From assembly GCA_030167865.1 (NCBI GenBank), contig JALAGF010004357.1:1-60206 (forward strand): DNA of 60,206 nucleotides, in the 5' to 3' direction. This DNA comes from Craspedostauros australis (Eukaryota). This document shows positions 24,638-36,442 of this stretch, piece after piece. The position numbers and the translations under genes are program-made. Position 1 is the stretch's first letter; every line of letters starts with the position of its first letter. The notes beneath the pieces were generated by a model, which saw only the letters and a program-made list of their open reading frames with translations, did not search any database and had not been told where the DNA came from.

Positions 24638-26038
24638 ATGATCCTTCGTGGGGGTAGGCGAGGCGCCGGTTCTGGCTCTGGCCATGGCAGAAGCAACAGC
24701 AGCAGCAGCCTTCGTTGGCTGATGCTGCTTGTCTCCATCTGCATCGCCATGCTGATGTTCGGCAACCTGCGATCCATGATCCCTCTCACCTCGGGACATT
24801 TGGGCTGCCCAATAGGTCAGCAACAGCAAGCATCATCCATGCTGTCCTCTGAGAATCATCATCCACCTCTGCATCTACATCACCAACATGACGAACAGCC
24901 GCAAGAATTCGATGCCACGCTGATACATCATGACGGACGCCTCGTCATCGCCATTGATCAGCAGGGATCGTGTCCCGACAAGTGCGTCTTCCTCCACAAG
25001 TACCTGCCATCCTGGGTCGCATTGCGGTACGTCTCGTTCGCAACACCCCAGCACGCGGGACAACTCATGGATCAGTACGCCAACCACACCCACTTCCTCT
25101 TCGTTTCGCGCGGTTGGAAGAAATCGTTGGGACCGCTGGCGGCAGAAGTGCAAAAGCGCCGACACCAGTATCCCGCAACAAGCTTTGGCGTGTTCCACAT
25201 GAGCGATGAATTCTTTCAGCACACGACGAAGAACTATCCGAGGTTCGACTACGTTCTAAGGCATTACCTCACCACGAGGGATAAGCATGAAAAGTTCTTG
25301 AGCAATCGCATCCCCGTGCGAGCAATGGGGAACATCTCCTGTGGTAAGGATCGATACGGTCCGTTGCCACTACGATCCAACGATGATGCTGCCAGTGAGA
25401 AGAACTCCTACGAACCGAAGTGGGGAGTCCACTGGATGTTCCTGAATGAAGATACACCAATACTATCGACACGTTCCACCACAGCGCCATGGCCCATACA
25501 TTTGCGGCCGACACCATGCTCATTCGCAGGCCGAGCGACGCCGGCGCGCCAGATCATGGCGGATGCATTTGGGACACATCAACAAGAGGTGCAAGGTCAA
25601 CACAAAGATCAATCCTTCATTCCTTGCTCCATCGATTTCACAGATGGGTTCCGCCAAGGCAAATCTACGTGGCAGTACATCACGGAGGACATATCCATGT
25701 CAAAGATAGGCTTGCATCCTGCTGGAAACAACGAGGAGTGCTATCGCATGTTTGAACTGCTCACAGTGGGCACCGTCCCGGCCATGCTGGAAGACACCCC
25801 GTTCCGAACAGCGACCTTCGAGCCGATACCTGCGATTGTTGGGAAGACATGGAGAGATGTGTCTGTTGAGATACAACGGCTGCTGCAGCCGAATGCTGCG
25901 ACTGAGCTACAAGCGTTGTCCACGAAGGGTGTCCAGTTCTATGAGAAGCTACGACGTTGCACAGCAATGGACATGGAGTTCATTCTGAAGGGTGCTTTCG
26001 GCCGCAAGTCAAGGGGTGTGGAAAAACAGAACAAGTAG
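24638..26038 (+). CDS. Type II membrane glycosyltransferase, exostosin/GT47-related (RXYLT1/TMEM5-like)
   Basis: N-terminal TM (WLMLLVSICIAMLMFG), VFHMSDE, FDYVLRHY, CSFAGR, and HPAGNNEECYRMFELLTVGTVP resembling the C-P-x-G...R-x-Y/F-E...G-x-I-P motif of this family. Confidence 0.75.
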   Translation: MILRGGRRGAGSGSGHGRSNSSSSLRWLMLLVSICIAMLMFGNLRSMIPLTSGHLGCPIGQQQQASSMLSSENHHPPLHLHHQHDEQPQEFDATLIHHDGRLVIAIDQQGSCPDKCVFLHKYLPSWVALRYVSFATPQHAGQLMDQYANHTHFLFVSRGWKKSLGPLAAEVQKRRHQYPATSFGVFHMSDEFFQHTTKNYPRFDYVLRHYLTTRDKHEKFLSNRIPVRAMGNISCGKDRYGPLPLRSNDDAASEKNSYEPKWGVHWMFLNEDTPILSTRSTTAPWPIHLRPTPCSFAGRATPARQIMADAFGTHQQEVQGQHKDQSFIPCSIDFTDGFRQGKSTWQYITEDISMSKIGLHPAGNNEECYRMFELLTVGTVPAMLEDTPFRTATFEPIPAIVGKTWRDVSVEIQRLLQPNAATELQALSTKGVQFYEKLRRCTAMDMEFILKGAFGRKSRGVEKQNK

Positions 26039-28393
26039 TCACGGACGGTTGGCGCAGTATCCACAACATGCAGAAGTGCAATAAACTTAACTGCAGTGCA
26101 TGCTTTTTAATAGAGGAGGTGGATGGCGCGGAGAGTATGGTCGTCATGGAAACATGAACATGAAGTAGCACAACACATAATGTATGGAAAAAGATCCACA
26201 ATCCTCGCGAGCACGGACGCGGACACGCATGCTTGAAAAGTAGATAGCTGCGTCGCAGATGGTGAAGAAAGAAGTAGAGAAGGCGGAGGGTCTGTCAGTT
26301 CATCGTCCATTTGTCCTATGACGTTTACGAAATTGAAACAGGATCAAGCAAGCAGAGCAAATGAACGAAGAGAGCAGGATGATCGCCACCATACCATCCA
26401 CCATAAAGATGATGAAAGCGAAGATGTCACCAACTACGTAAAGATTATCTCTGTGACATTGGAACAGTGGTTCCGCAGAGATTATCTCGAAAAGAAGGCC
26501 AGATGGATGTGATACAAAAGCATCACATCACCTGTTGGAATGATGTTGCAAACGAATTTGTGAAATCAGTCCATGAAGACCTCTCGGTCTCGGACCTGAT
26601 CCGGGTTGCACTGTTTGCGTGTGTTGGCTATGGCTTGTGATGGCATGTTGTGGTATATGACAGTGCTGGCGTAAAGCACGCTTGTGATCACGACACTGAT
26701 TAGAGGCATTGTTACGTACCTTCGACGTGGAAGCGAGCAAGCTCATGGAATATAACATTGTCGGCGTTGTTCTATGCGTGCCTCGAATACAACGACACAG
26801 AGTGTTCCACATCGGGAAGCTGCGACAAACGAGTCGTCCTACGTACTCTACGATCATACGTACTCCACGATCATGCAATTCGCAAAGAGCAAAGCAAAAG
26901 CAGAAAAGAACGGAAGGGGTTAGTGGGGATGTTCATGGAGGAGCAGCAGCATGAGCAGAAACCAACCCCATCTAGTTTATTTAAAATGCCATTGTTGCTG
27001 TCAGCGTGCAAAAGAGCTATTCCCACTTGATCTGGGAGGTCCCGATTAAACTGACGTTGGGCGTTGACGATCGGGACATGATCATCATTGCGATCCGTTG
27101 GGAATCGATCTCGGTGATCAAACACCAATAGAGTAGCACCAGGAACGAAACACGCTTTCCCGTTGCAACTCGGCCAAGAACATGAAGATCGCCCCATACG
27201 TACCTCGATCAGAGCAGATGCGCTTTTACTCGCCGATCTTCATCGTCATCTGCTCTCCTCCGCTTCACGTATCATGTCCGCAACAGGGCCCAACCCGCAT
27301 CGCGGACCCGCATCCAAATAAGACACTTGTTGCTGTCCTCGTTCTTGTTGTTGTGGCCTTGCAGATTCGTGGACTTGCAGACTTGTGAACTCTCGCGCAC
27401 TTGTGGATCTGTGGAGATCCATGAAGAGTCGGTGTGATGGGTGGTGGGTGGCGGGTGGACATTGCCACCTTTCCTTGTTTGTTTCGTGACGTGCAGATTT
27501 GTTGGTGTCAACTGACGACGATATCTCGGATGGACGTGCGGACGTATTTTAGTGATTGTAAAGGTGACGGAGAGGCACTACATTTGATCTTTATTTACAG
27601 GCCGTTTGAAAATGAGAGCCTCATGGTTCCGGCACTTTGCAAGTTCTGCTTTAGTCGTGTTTGAAACAATGATGTGTGAGCGTTCCAGACTGAAAATACA
27701 ACGAACGAAGCAGGCAACAACACGGATTGGCCCAACGCTCGTTGTTCTGCCATTGTCACTCCATTCAAGACACAAAATGTCGTTCCGAGGCATCATCTGC
27801 ATCGGGACTTATTTCTTACGAAAGGCTGTGCGAAATCGTATAAAACGGTAGTTTTGGTGCTGCGATTCCAGCGCGTTCGAATGCGTGTTGTGGAACGATC
27901 GTCCCTTATTTCTGTCAAATAGCTGTTTGTTAATTAAGGCGGAACTCCATGATTCCTAACATGTCTTGTTCTCTCGATTGCTGCGTTGGGATCGTTCCAG
28001 ACGCGCATGTTGTGTGTTAAATGGCGAGTCTTGATGAGAGTTGTTGCTAACCCCAGACACAAATCCATTCGACTCCATGGAGTCATGAAACACGACCCAA
28101 TGTTGTTTGTCCACAAACCACGCGCACTTCGTCCACTGACAATCAAGTACTGTCGGTGTGTCTTTCTATTGTGTGCATAGCCGTACCGTACCTACACAAT
28201 CATAGTCACAACACAACTCCAGAACAGCTGAGGATCTTGTCACGCTCTCACAAAATTCGGGAGCGTTTCTTGATTTCTGAAAAAGCATGGGCGAAACAAA
28301 CGCACGCAACGATGAGATAACGATAAGCTGTGGGAAGACCGGAGAGATGGGAGGTGCAACCGACCGTGAGTGTCAGGTGGACCACATGGATGT

Positions 28394-28458
28394 GTGCTTG
28401 AGATCTGTGCTTGAGTTGTGTGCTTGAGATGCGTGCTTGAGATGCGTGCTTGAGATGT
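28394..28458. repeat. 13-bp tandem repeat x5 (GTGCTTGAGWTSY)
   Basis: Units gtgcttgagatct, gtgcttgagttgt, gtgcttgagatgc, gtgcttgagatgc, gtgcttgagatgt; about 215 bp upstream of the DUF6824 ATG. Confidence 0.9.
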
Positions 28459-28673
28459 GATGCAGTTGACTGTTGACAGCGACCTCGGATGAGTGTTGTC
28501 GCAATGTTTGATACCCTGCGACTGGGAAGCATGAGTACATAATACGACCTCTTGAATTCTGCTTGCTGCGCCACGTGATTCTCGTGCAACATGACCCCGC
28601 TGATTTTGCATCTTCGACTTTCAACGTGTTTGCTACTTCCAACACCACAGTCGATGATTCGACCTTCGCGCAG

Positions 28674-29630
28674 ATGCTCAACTACTATCTGGCCGACGTC
28701 CAGCAGAGTGCCACCTCCACCAGCGAGTCCAGCAAAGTAACCACTGCTCCTGCCACCCAAGCGACCTCGATGCGTCGCGAGCAGCAGCAGCAGCAACAAC
28801 GCCAGCTGCATCGACAACAAGATGTGACGATGCCCATGGAAGATCCAGACCCACAGTGGGCGGTGAAGGTGGCAGTGGAGACATCGCCGCAGCAACTAAC
28901 CTTGCCACCTCCCAACGACCCGTCATGCTATGCAGACAACAACTTGCTCCAACCACAAGAGGCAACAAGGACTATGGCGAATTTCTTCTCTTCCATCTTC
29001 GAAGTTTCGGATGATTCATCATGTGAGAGCTCATTCGAGACGCCTCCGCGCAGTCGTTCCAGCTCCGTTTCTTGTATCGGTGAGGCTGGAGGAGTGTGTG
29101 ACGACTTGCAGGGGGCCCGACAATGCAACATGGTTCACCTCGGATCGATGCCGTTCGACGGCGCCACTCGCGAGCAGATGGGGCTAGCCAACCCACCGCT
29201 CTCGTCGAAAAGAAAGATCAACAATGCCAAATCCAACAATGCCAAATCCAAGAAGGCCACAAAGCGCAAGACAACGCAAGGTAAACACGGCCCACCATGC
29301 GATCTCGTCGAAAACATCACAGATCTCGACATCATCTTCGGACGAGGCGGACAGTCCAACAAGCACAGCGGCAATGCGTGGTACCGCGACGTGATCGAAA
29401 AGAACAAGCGCAAACATGCAAAGCTCGACAAGGTCGGCAAGACAGCACTTTCCAAAGACATCGTATGCAGCGTCTACGCGCGAGGAGGAAGGTTCCTGAA
29501 GGTGGACAAGGCGACTGGGCAATGGTACCAGGCATCTTTCAACGACGCTCGCGACAAGGTCGCCAAGGCGCTCCGATCTGACAACAGCCCGAGCAGCCGC
29601 GCTGCTCGTCGTGCCAAGTACGGCCACTGA
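28674..29630 (+). CDS. DUF6824 domain protein (diatom-expanded family)
   Basis: DIIFGRGGQSNKHSGNAWYRDVI...GGRFLK...GQWY...ARDKVAKALR is the family signature. Poly-Q and basic NLS-like segment upstream. First in-frame ATG is 28674. Confidence 0.85.
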   Translation: MLNYYLADVQQSATSTSESSKVTTAPATQATSMRREQQQQQQRQLHRQQDVTMPMEDPDPQWAVKVAVETSPQQLTLPPPNDPSCYADNNLLQPQEATRTMANFFSSIFEVSDDSSCESSFETPPRSRSSSVSCIGEAGGVCDDLQGARQCNMVHLGSMPFDGATREQMGLANPPLSSKRKINNAKSNNAKSKKATKRKTTQGKHGPPCDLVENITDLDIIFGRGGQSNKHSGNAWYRDVIEKNKRKHAKLDKVGKTALSKDIVCSVYARGGRFLKVDKATGQWYQASFNDARDKVAKALRSDNSPSSRAARRAKYGH

Positions 29631-30384
29631 CATGAGGCTGCGGGTCTGCAGATCCGCGCAAATACACATCTCCACGCACACACACGAAGATGCATACGCA
29701 TACGCACATATCTACGCAGATGCATGTCGACTTTCATTTGCACATTGGAGCGAATCCACCAGACTGCGTATCATCATCTTGGGACAACACCATGGCACGC
29801 ACCTTGTTGGTGTGCTTCCTGACATCGGCGACATCGCTGCCGTGTCCTCTGCTCTGTCCACGTTACGCACTGTACTACTCTACTCGAATCAGTACGCTCC
29901 GATCACACACGTCTGAGTTGGGAACTGTCATCGACAACCGATGTCGTGGTCGTTCTCATTCCATCCACGCACCGAATCACGTCTCTCTCTCTCTCCCTTC
30001 CATGTTCCGCCTCTTCTCTCACTCGAGAATGACGGCCCCAAGTTCATTGCGCTCCATTTACTCGTAAATACAATATAATAGTGATCCTGCTCATGCTGTA
30101 CGATATGTTACAAGATGGGCACCTCACTCTACTGTGCTCGCCCACGGCTGTCGTCAAGGACGCAAACTACGAGCGTAGGTACGTGTGTAGGGTATTTCAT
30201 TGTGTATAATACTTATTAAAGTATCTCCTTAAATCAAACCCTTTGGGCTGTGCTGTTTCTACTTCATTCTTCGGCGTCTGGTGTCGGAAGTATGCCAACA
30301 TCACCGGGCCGGTCCTCCTCGCGATGCCGCCTCCCTCTGTGCCCACGACATCAACGCAATCCACAAAGAGCGTACCCGTGTGCC

Positions 30385-30434
30385 CAAAAGAGGACCTCGA
30401 CCTGGCCGCTTGAACTCAAAAGAGGACCTCGACC
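30385..30434. repeat. 18-bp perfect direct repeat with 14-bp spacer
   Basis: caaaagaggacctcgacc at 30385-30402 and 30417-30434. Confidence 0.85.
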
Positions 30435-31131
30435 ACCCTCTCCCCGAAGGTTGTTCCCTCTGCCGTGTTCATTTCTGCCATGGCACACTTTGTGGAGAGA
30501 GTTTTGTGTTCTTCAGACACGGAGAGCATTTTTGCGAACTCTCCGAACAGAAAATCTTGTTGGTCCCACACATTCGCAACATTTCTTCTTTTCGTGAATC
30601 GATCCATCTTGACACGGAGTTCTCGTTATTCCGAAACAGAACGCACACGCAGAGCCAGCAAAGATGCCACGACAACATCAACGACATCAACGACATCAAC
30701 CAGACCGCAACAACCAACCAAACAGAGCTGCGACGTCGTCGTCTCTGTTCATTCCTCTCGAACTTCATGATGTTCGTGCTTCGACTGGCGCGAGAGACAC
30801 TTCGTCTTGACGCTTCACGCTTCACGCGATCCAGGCTTCTCTTCCTCACGCGAACGTGTTCCTTTGCGTGTTTGTTGGCTTCTCTCTTGAACACTTTGTG
30901 GCATCGAAATGAGAATCAGCCCGATTTGGGCGCCCAAAGCAGCGATGTCTTGCAACCTGGTCGCACCGAAGCGTTGCCAGAGGTCCAGGGCCGCATTGCC
31001 TCTCCGCTCAGCGTTCCCACGGACATAAACAACAAGAGCACAAACAAGAGATCAACATTTACGAACACAACAAAGGACGAACACGAACATCGCAACCCTC
31101 GCAAAGAACAAGAGCATCAGCAAGCACCACC

Positions 31132-31710
31132 ATGAGCTCGGCAACGATCAGCCAGATGAAAAGCGCAGCCAGGCGTGCCCGAGGCATTGACCTTGCCAGA
31201 CTTGCGTCAACTTACACGATGTCACTCCCAGCGTCAGCAGCAATCAAAGCCACAGCAGGACCTCAAAGAATGACAATGATGTCGACAACCTTGACGACCA
31301 TGAGAAACTCTGCCGCTGTACAGAATTCGTGTTGTTATCAGTCTCGCCGCAGCTATCATTTCTTCTTGGGCCGCAGAGATCCAACGGGAATCCTCAAGGA
31401 ACAGAGTTCGAGGTTCACAAGCGGCGACGAGTTCATTATGGACCTCACCGCGTGGTTCTGCGGAACAGCTCTTGCCATCACTCCGCTGATGCTGGAACGC
31501 AGATCCGATGAGATCGAGCATACAGAAGACACGAGACCACATCACAACGAGTCATCCAGAAAACGAAGAAATCGGAATGCAACCGATAACAGCCAGCACA
31601 GCCAACCAAGGCAACAGCTTTCACCTGCAGCATCGAATTCAAACTCGAATCATAGCGTGGATAGGCATCATGGCGCATCGCATGATGACTCTCACAGCCG
31701 AAGCGCATGA
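31132..31710 (+). CDS. Hypothetical small protein, probably mitochondrial, with one hydrophobic segment
   Basis: caccATG context. R/S/T/A-rich presequence-like N-terminus ending RRSYHFF, hydrophobic LTAWFCGTALAITPLML, polar tail. Confidence 0.55.
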   Translation: MSSATISQMKSAARRARGIDLARLASTYTMSLPASAAIKATAGPQRMTMMSTTLTTMRNSAAVQNSCCYQSRRSYHFFLGRRDPTGILKEQSSRFTSGDEFIMDLTAWFCGTALAITPLMLERRSDEIEHTEDTRPHHNESSRKRRNRNATDNSQHSQPRQQLSPAASNSNSNHSVDRHHGASHDDSHSRSA

Positions 31711-32403
31711 TCTGTTGTGCGACGGTTCTGGAGTTTTCCCCAGATGCGCGAAGAGGAATATGCTGTCTGTTCGATGATTCCATCATGAGGAACTTGTTTC
31801 TCTGCGTTTCTGCACTACGTTTCTGCACTCCAAAGCAACAGAGAGGAAGGAGAAACAAAACCCCAACAAGCCTGCTCTGTGCCATGCTTCATCGGCATTC
31901 ATTTGAAGCAGTGCAAGACTGACGCACACGCGATTTTGATAAACCGCACATTGAGGGAATGTCCACCAAGACCTCCGACGATACATCTCAACAATGGCAG
32001 TGGCGTGTGCCATGTAAACAGTTGCATTTGCTGCTGGTGCACTACTGGTGTGGGGAGGGACTCTGCCATCACATTTGAAGCATGATTTTGATCGAGCACA
32101 AGAGACAAGGCTCTCGATGACGTTAATGGCGATCTTTGACGACCAATAAGTGCAAATGCATCCAACAGTGGCTTGCTTTACATCCTCGCACTACGTACGA
32201 GCACGTATGCATGGTAGCATAGTATGAGGAATGGTGATGTGGTAGTCTCGATTTGTACTGTATAACATCATATTATATTATAATACTTTTGTTTCTCACA
32301 TTGTTGAGGCAGAGTGATGGAACAGTCGTCTTCATGGCCGTGGCCGCGCTCATGCTCTCGCGGCCAGACTTGTGTGTTGTCCAATGACGAGGAACGGGTG
32401 ACG

Positions 32404-33449
32404 TTACAACTTCGGGATGCCCTTGATCACGTCTTCCTTGTGAGAAGGGCTCGCGCAGTCATTGCCATAGTAGACATCACACATGGCCTCTGTGAATACG
32501 CGAGATTTGATGGAGCCGACGCCACCCAAGGCATTTTTGTAGAGCAAAGAATCGCCACGGATCGTCATCTCAATCTCTGCTCCTTCCACCAAGTCGACTT
32601 TGGGATTCAACTTCTTGAACTCTTCCAACCTGGTCAAGTCCAGTCAGAAAATATTATAAGGTGACGCGGGCAAGTTGTGAGCGCTTGTCGAGTGACTTTC
32701 GAGTGGCTTTCGAGGAGGCTCAACTGTCCTGTGGCGCGCATGCTTCGTCTCTGCTCATGTGTCAGCAGAATACGAGTTAGTTGCCCACAAACAAACCTCC
32801 ACAATGGCAATCTCACATGAGCTACACGACATACACACAACCGCATGTACGAATGCACGGCACGGCACAGTACAGTACAGCGCAGTACAAGCACTTACTT
32901 CTCCAGATCCTGTCCTTTCATCCGCGGCTCCAATGACTCAACGATGGCGGCCGTGTACTTGTCAATGGCAAGACCTCGATTCATGACGATGCGGATAGTT
33001 CGGGGATATGTGGGGTCGAGCAGGGCCTTTTGGATGATATCCGGCCCGCCCTTCTTGACAGCCATCATGGCGATGGGATCCATATAGGTTCCCACCGCGT
33101 ACACCTTGACGAAGACGTACTTGATGCGCACGCCCGTGCCCACCAAGGACATGGCATTGCACAGCGGCGGAAAGAGAATCCCAGTGGCCTTCTCCTTGGT
33201 GGGAGATCCCATCGTCAACACATCGCCGGACGTGGGGATGCGGGCCGCGCAGAATGAGGTGATCTTGGAATCGCTGACATGGTACACAACGCCGCACGCT
33301 GCAAGGGTCGCCATCGTCGCCATCCCAGCCCGGGAGGATGCGGAGGCAGTTCCGCATGCGCTTCGCGTTGTCGACGAAAACAATCGTCTTGCAGGTGACC
33401 GCAGCAAATTGGATCGATTCAACGCCTGGCGAGATACGGAGAGGAGCAT
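32404..33449 (-). CDS. Chalcone-isomerase-fold protein (FAP/Aim18-like), mitochondrial; 2 exons (33449-32899, 32629-32404)
   Basis: EKATGILFP, LVGTGVRIKYVFVKVYAVGTY, IKSRVFTEAMCDVYYG...SPSHK. Presequence ARRLFSS. GT-AG intron 32898-32630 joins DLEK-LEEF in frame. Confidence 0.85.
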
Positions 33450-33466
33450 GATGGGCGTCGATGGTG

Positions 33467-33509
33467 TTGAGAGGCTTGAGAGGCTTGAGAGGCTTGAGAG
33501 GCTTGAGAG
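33467..33509. repeat. 9-bp tandem repeat (TTGAGAGGC) x about 4.8 in the 5' leader of the CHI-fold gene
   Basis: ttgagaggc repeated four times plus ttgagag. Confidence 0.9.
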
Positions 33510-34141
33510 ATAGATGAAGCACGGAAGCGATGAGTTGATTGGATTGTGCGTTTGAGAAGATGATTTGCGTCTCTTTGTTCACTTGTTTGCTGGCTCTGGT
33601 TCTGGTTCCGGTTGTTGCTCCTTTTCGCTCAGGAACGTTGCTGATGTCAATCTTCGAAGGAAATGGTGTCTGTGATGGCATCGCGTCACGACACCAGCGA
33701 ACACGAAAGAGAAGGAGCCTCTGTGCGCAGTATCTTTGATTGATTGTTGACATCTGACTGAAGTTGGGCTCTGGAATCTATCTCCGGGATTGATTTTCTA
33801 CGTCACGATTGCTTTGTCGTTTGTGTCATAATGTGGTAAATCATTCCATTTCACCGTAACTCCATCCCGATCCGCAAAACTCCTTGTCCTGATCCCGAAA
33901 AATCACATCTGTCGCCTTTCATCACTCACTCTCTCTCTCTCGTTGCTTTCTCCAACTCTGCTTCCATTCTCATCAAAGCTCCCATGCTGATACAAAAACA
34001 CTTCCCACAGTGTGACTCTTTCTGATGACTATATGCAATATGCAATATTCCATAAACTATCGCCATACTAATACACTACTTGACTACTGTACATTCTACT
34101 TTGAGCATCACGCTCGCCCCTGCAACCACGAAATGGCGGCG

Positions 34142-35542
34142 CTATCTGAACCGCCGCGTCGACGTTGTGGGTGAAGACGGTGTGAGGCAGTCATTCTTGA
34201 TCAACGTGGCCTCGATGTCGTACAGATCCGGAGCCACGAAGATATCTCCCGTGTCGATCTGCCCCGTCTTCGTCACCGGCATCAGCTTGATCTGCCCCGT
34301 CATTCCCAGAAAGTCGTCGGTGCCCCCGGTGACCGCCATCGTCCCACCGAAGGCGTCGAAGATCTCACCAGCAACGTTCCACGTCCTGCTTTGCACGCCA
34401 TCGAAGAAGGTGTACGTAAACACGCAGTATCCGCCTCCGCTGACGAAGTTGCCATCCGCCATCACAGTCCGCTTTTGGGTGCGGGTGCAATGGCCAGTGG
34501 CAAAGGAGTTCGTGAACTCTTCCATGGTGGGGTTCCGCAGCAATCCATCGTTGTAAATGTACTCCGTTCCGAATTCCTGATCGTCGGGGATTGCGGGATT
34601 CACGTACACTGGGTTGGTGTCCGAGCGGCGAGCGCGAGATGCGAATTGGAAGAAGTCCAGCGTCGATGTCACAAAGCAGTCTTCTGGGTTGGGCGCCATC
34701 ATGTCAGGACCGCTATCTCCGCTGTCGCTGCTCGTCTTGTCTCTGGATCCCACCTTTGACCGACTGCCTGGTCCCGGATTCGGAGTGCCTTTTCCCACTG
34801 GCGCTGCTGTAGGTGCAGGCCCTCCCCCTCCTGTCGGTGCTCGTGTCGGCGGGTGAACCGGGGCTCCTTTTCCTGTTGGGGGTTTCGTGCTGCCCTTTCC
34901 GAGGAAGCCTTTTCCGTTGCTGCGGCTGCGGCTGCTGCTGCGACTAGAGCTGCTCTTGGAACTCTTCGAGCTTTTAGAACTCTTTGTGAGACGTCGAACT
35001 CCCTCACCTCGAAGGCCGCGGGATTGGGCGCTCTGATAGTCATCGCTATCATCGTACCTCTCATGGCTGGAATCATTGGTATCACCATTTTCTTCCTTGT
35101 TGTTGTCAATGCCGTTGATGTCTTCTCCTTGAAAACTGCTATCGTAGTCTTTGCCGTCCTCGTCTTCGTATCGTCGTCTGACCTTGCTGAACTTGTGGTT
35201 GTCCGATGGCCTATCGCCGGGCTGATACTCCTGCCGCTGCTCCTGTTGCTGATAGTACTGACGGTGCCGCTTGGACGGTTTCTTGGAAACTGATCGAGGC
35301 ATACTCTTGTGCTCAAATCGAAATGTCCTTCCATTTGCCATCGAGGGCTCGGCTTCGATCTCAACTTCAGCTGTTTCCAGCATCGAAGCAATCTGAGGAA
35401 CCTCCTGCCGACGCCCACCCCGAGGATGGATTGCATATACAGCACCTCCATTCTGCTGCGTCGATCCCGATTGGATGCACAAACAGATCAGACTGAGGAG
35501 GAGCGCCCTCGAACACCGGCTTCCGCCAGCCTTCATCGTCAT
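34142..35542 (-). CDS. Secreted RXL/KXXK silaffin-like protein with C-terminal dirigent/AOC-like barrel (array paralog 1, intronless)
   Basis: Signal peptide RALLLSLICLCIQSGS. RGL and RRL followed by TKSSKSSKSSKSSSSRSSSRSRS and GKG repeats, then a P/T linker. Domain FGTEYIY...GHCTRT...GGGYCVFTYTF...AVTGGTDDFLGMTGQI. Start 35542 or 35536 preferred (alternative 35644). Confidence 0.75.
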   Translation of the reverse strand: MTMKAGGSRCSRALLLSLICLCIQSGSTQQNGGAVYAIHPRGGRRQEVPQIASMLETAEVEIEAEPSMANGRTFRFEHKSMPRSVSKKPSKRHRQYYQQQEQRQEYQPGDRPSDNHKFSKVRRRYEDEDGKDYDSSFQGEDINGIDNNKEENGDTNDSSHERYDDSDDYQSAQSRGLRGEGVRRLTKSSKSSKSSKSSSSRSSSRSRSNGKGFLGKGSTKPPTGKGAPVHPPTRAPTGGGGPAPTAAPVGKGTPNPGPGSRSKVGSRDKTSSDSGDSGPDMMAPNPEDCFVTSTLDFFQFASRARRSDTNPVYVNPAIPDDQEFGTEYIYNDGLLRNPTMEEFTNSFATGHCTRTQKRTVMADGNFVSGGGYCVFTYTFFDGVQSRTWNVAGEIFDAFGGTMAVTGGTDDFLGMTGQIKLMPVTKTGQIDTGDIFVAPDLYDIEATLIKNDCLTPSSPTTSTRRFR

Positions 35543-36442
35543 GATCGCCGCCGTTTGCAGTCTCGATGTTTCCGAAGCTTGTCTCATCGTCGTGGCCATT
35601 CCATCAACTGTTTCTATCACGCTCTGCGGCACCATTCTGAACATCAACGAACTTTCGTTTTCATTTTCAATGAATCGCGATGAAGCAGTTGCTCACACAG
35701 ATGCTCCCGTCACAGCATCGCGCAGTCTCTTGTTGTCAACCCAAACCCATTTTTCTCACTCCGCTTCACCGGATCAATTTGTGGCGACAAAAAATGCCGA
35801 ATCGTTTTGCGTCAACAGAGAAAACGCTTTTATAACCGTCGCCGCCATTTCGACCCGCTCGACTGCATTATCACGAGCGTTGGAGTCATTTTTGAGTGCT
35901 CACTTTTCCTTGCTCCAGACACGCCGAAACGGGTACACATGGGCAGAGTGACACCATCATGTTCCGACTTGGGGGCATGAGGTCGCGAGCGCCATGGGCA
36001 TCCGCGTGATGGCTCAAGTCTCCAGCAATGCTGCCATGCGGTTGCCGTACTTCTGCGAGGAGGAAGACGCCAACGCTTGGGGAGACAACAGTGGCAACGT
36101 GGACATTCCGGAGACAATTCGTTTACTCCTCCATCGTAGGCCACAGTTCTACACTCGAGGGTGACAATGGCGTCTTGAGTGCTCGCAACTGCAATTCTAC
36201 CCGATTTAATCTTTCTTTCTCTCCAGCGATACGCACTCGATTCAATTCATTGGCGGAAACTCAAGAGATTATTGCTATTTCTAGAGAGTATGGTACCATT
36301 GTGATTCTAATGTACAACGCCTTTTTCACATGTGTTGACTGTGGGGTTCAATCGAGTCGATCTTTGCTGATCCAAGATCGCATCATATCATATTGCATCG
36401 CTTCCCCAATACCTCATCCGCGATGGGCGCACTGTCCGAGCC

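Noticed and set aside
28394-28458. Regularly spaced repeats as a CRISPR array
   Set aside because: Contiguous 13-bp units with no unique spacers, no cas genes, and a eukaryotic context.
30281-31135. 284-aa ORF upstream of the 31132 gene
   Set aside because: Non-ATG start, and the translation runs through low-complexity ACA-rich leader-like sequence with no domain.
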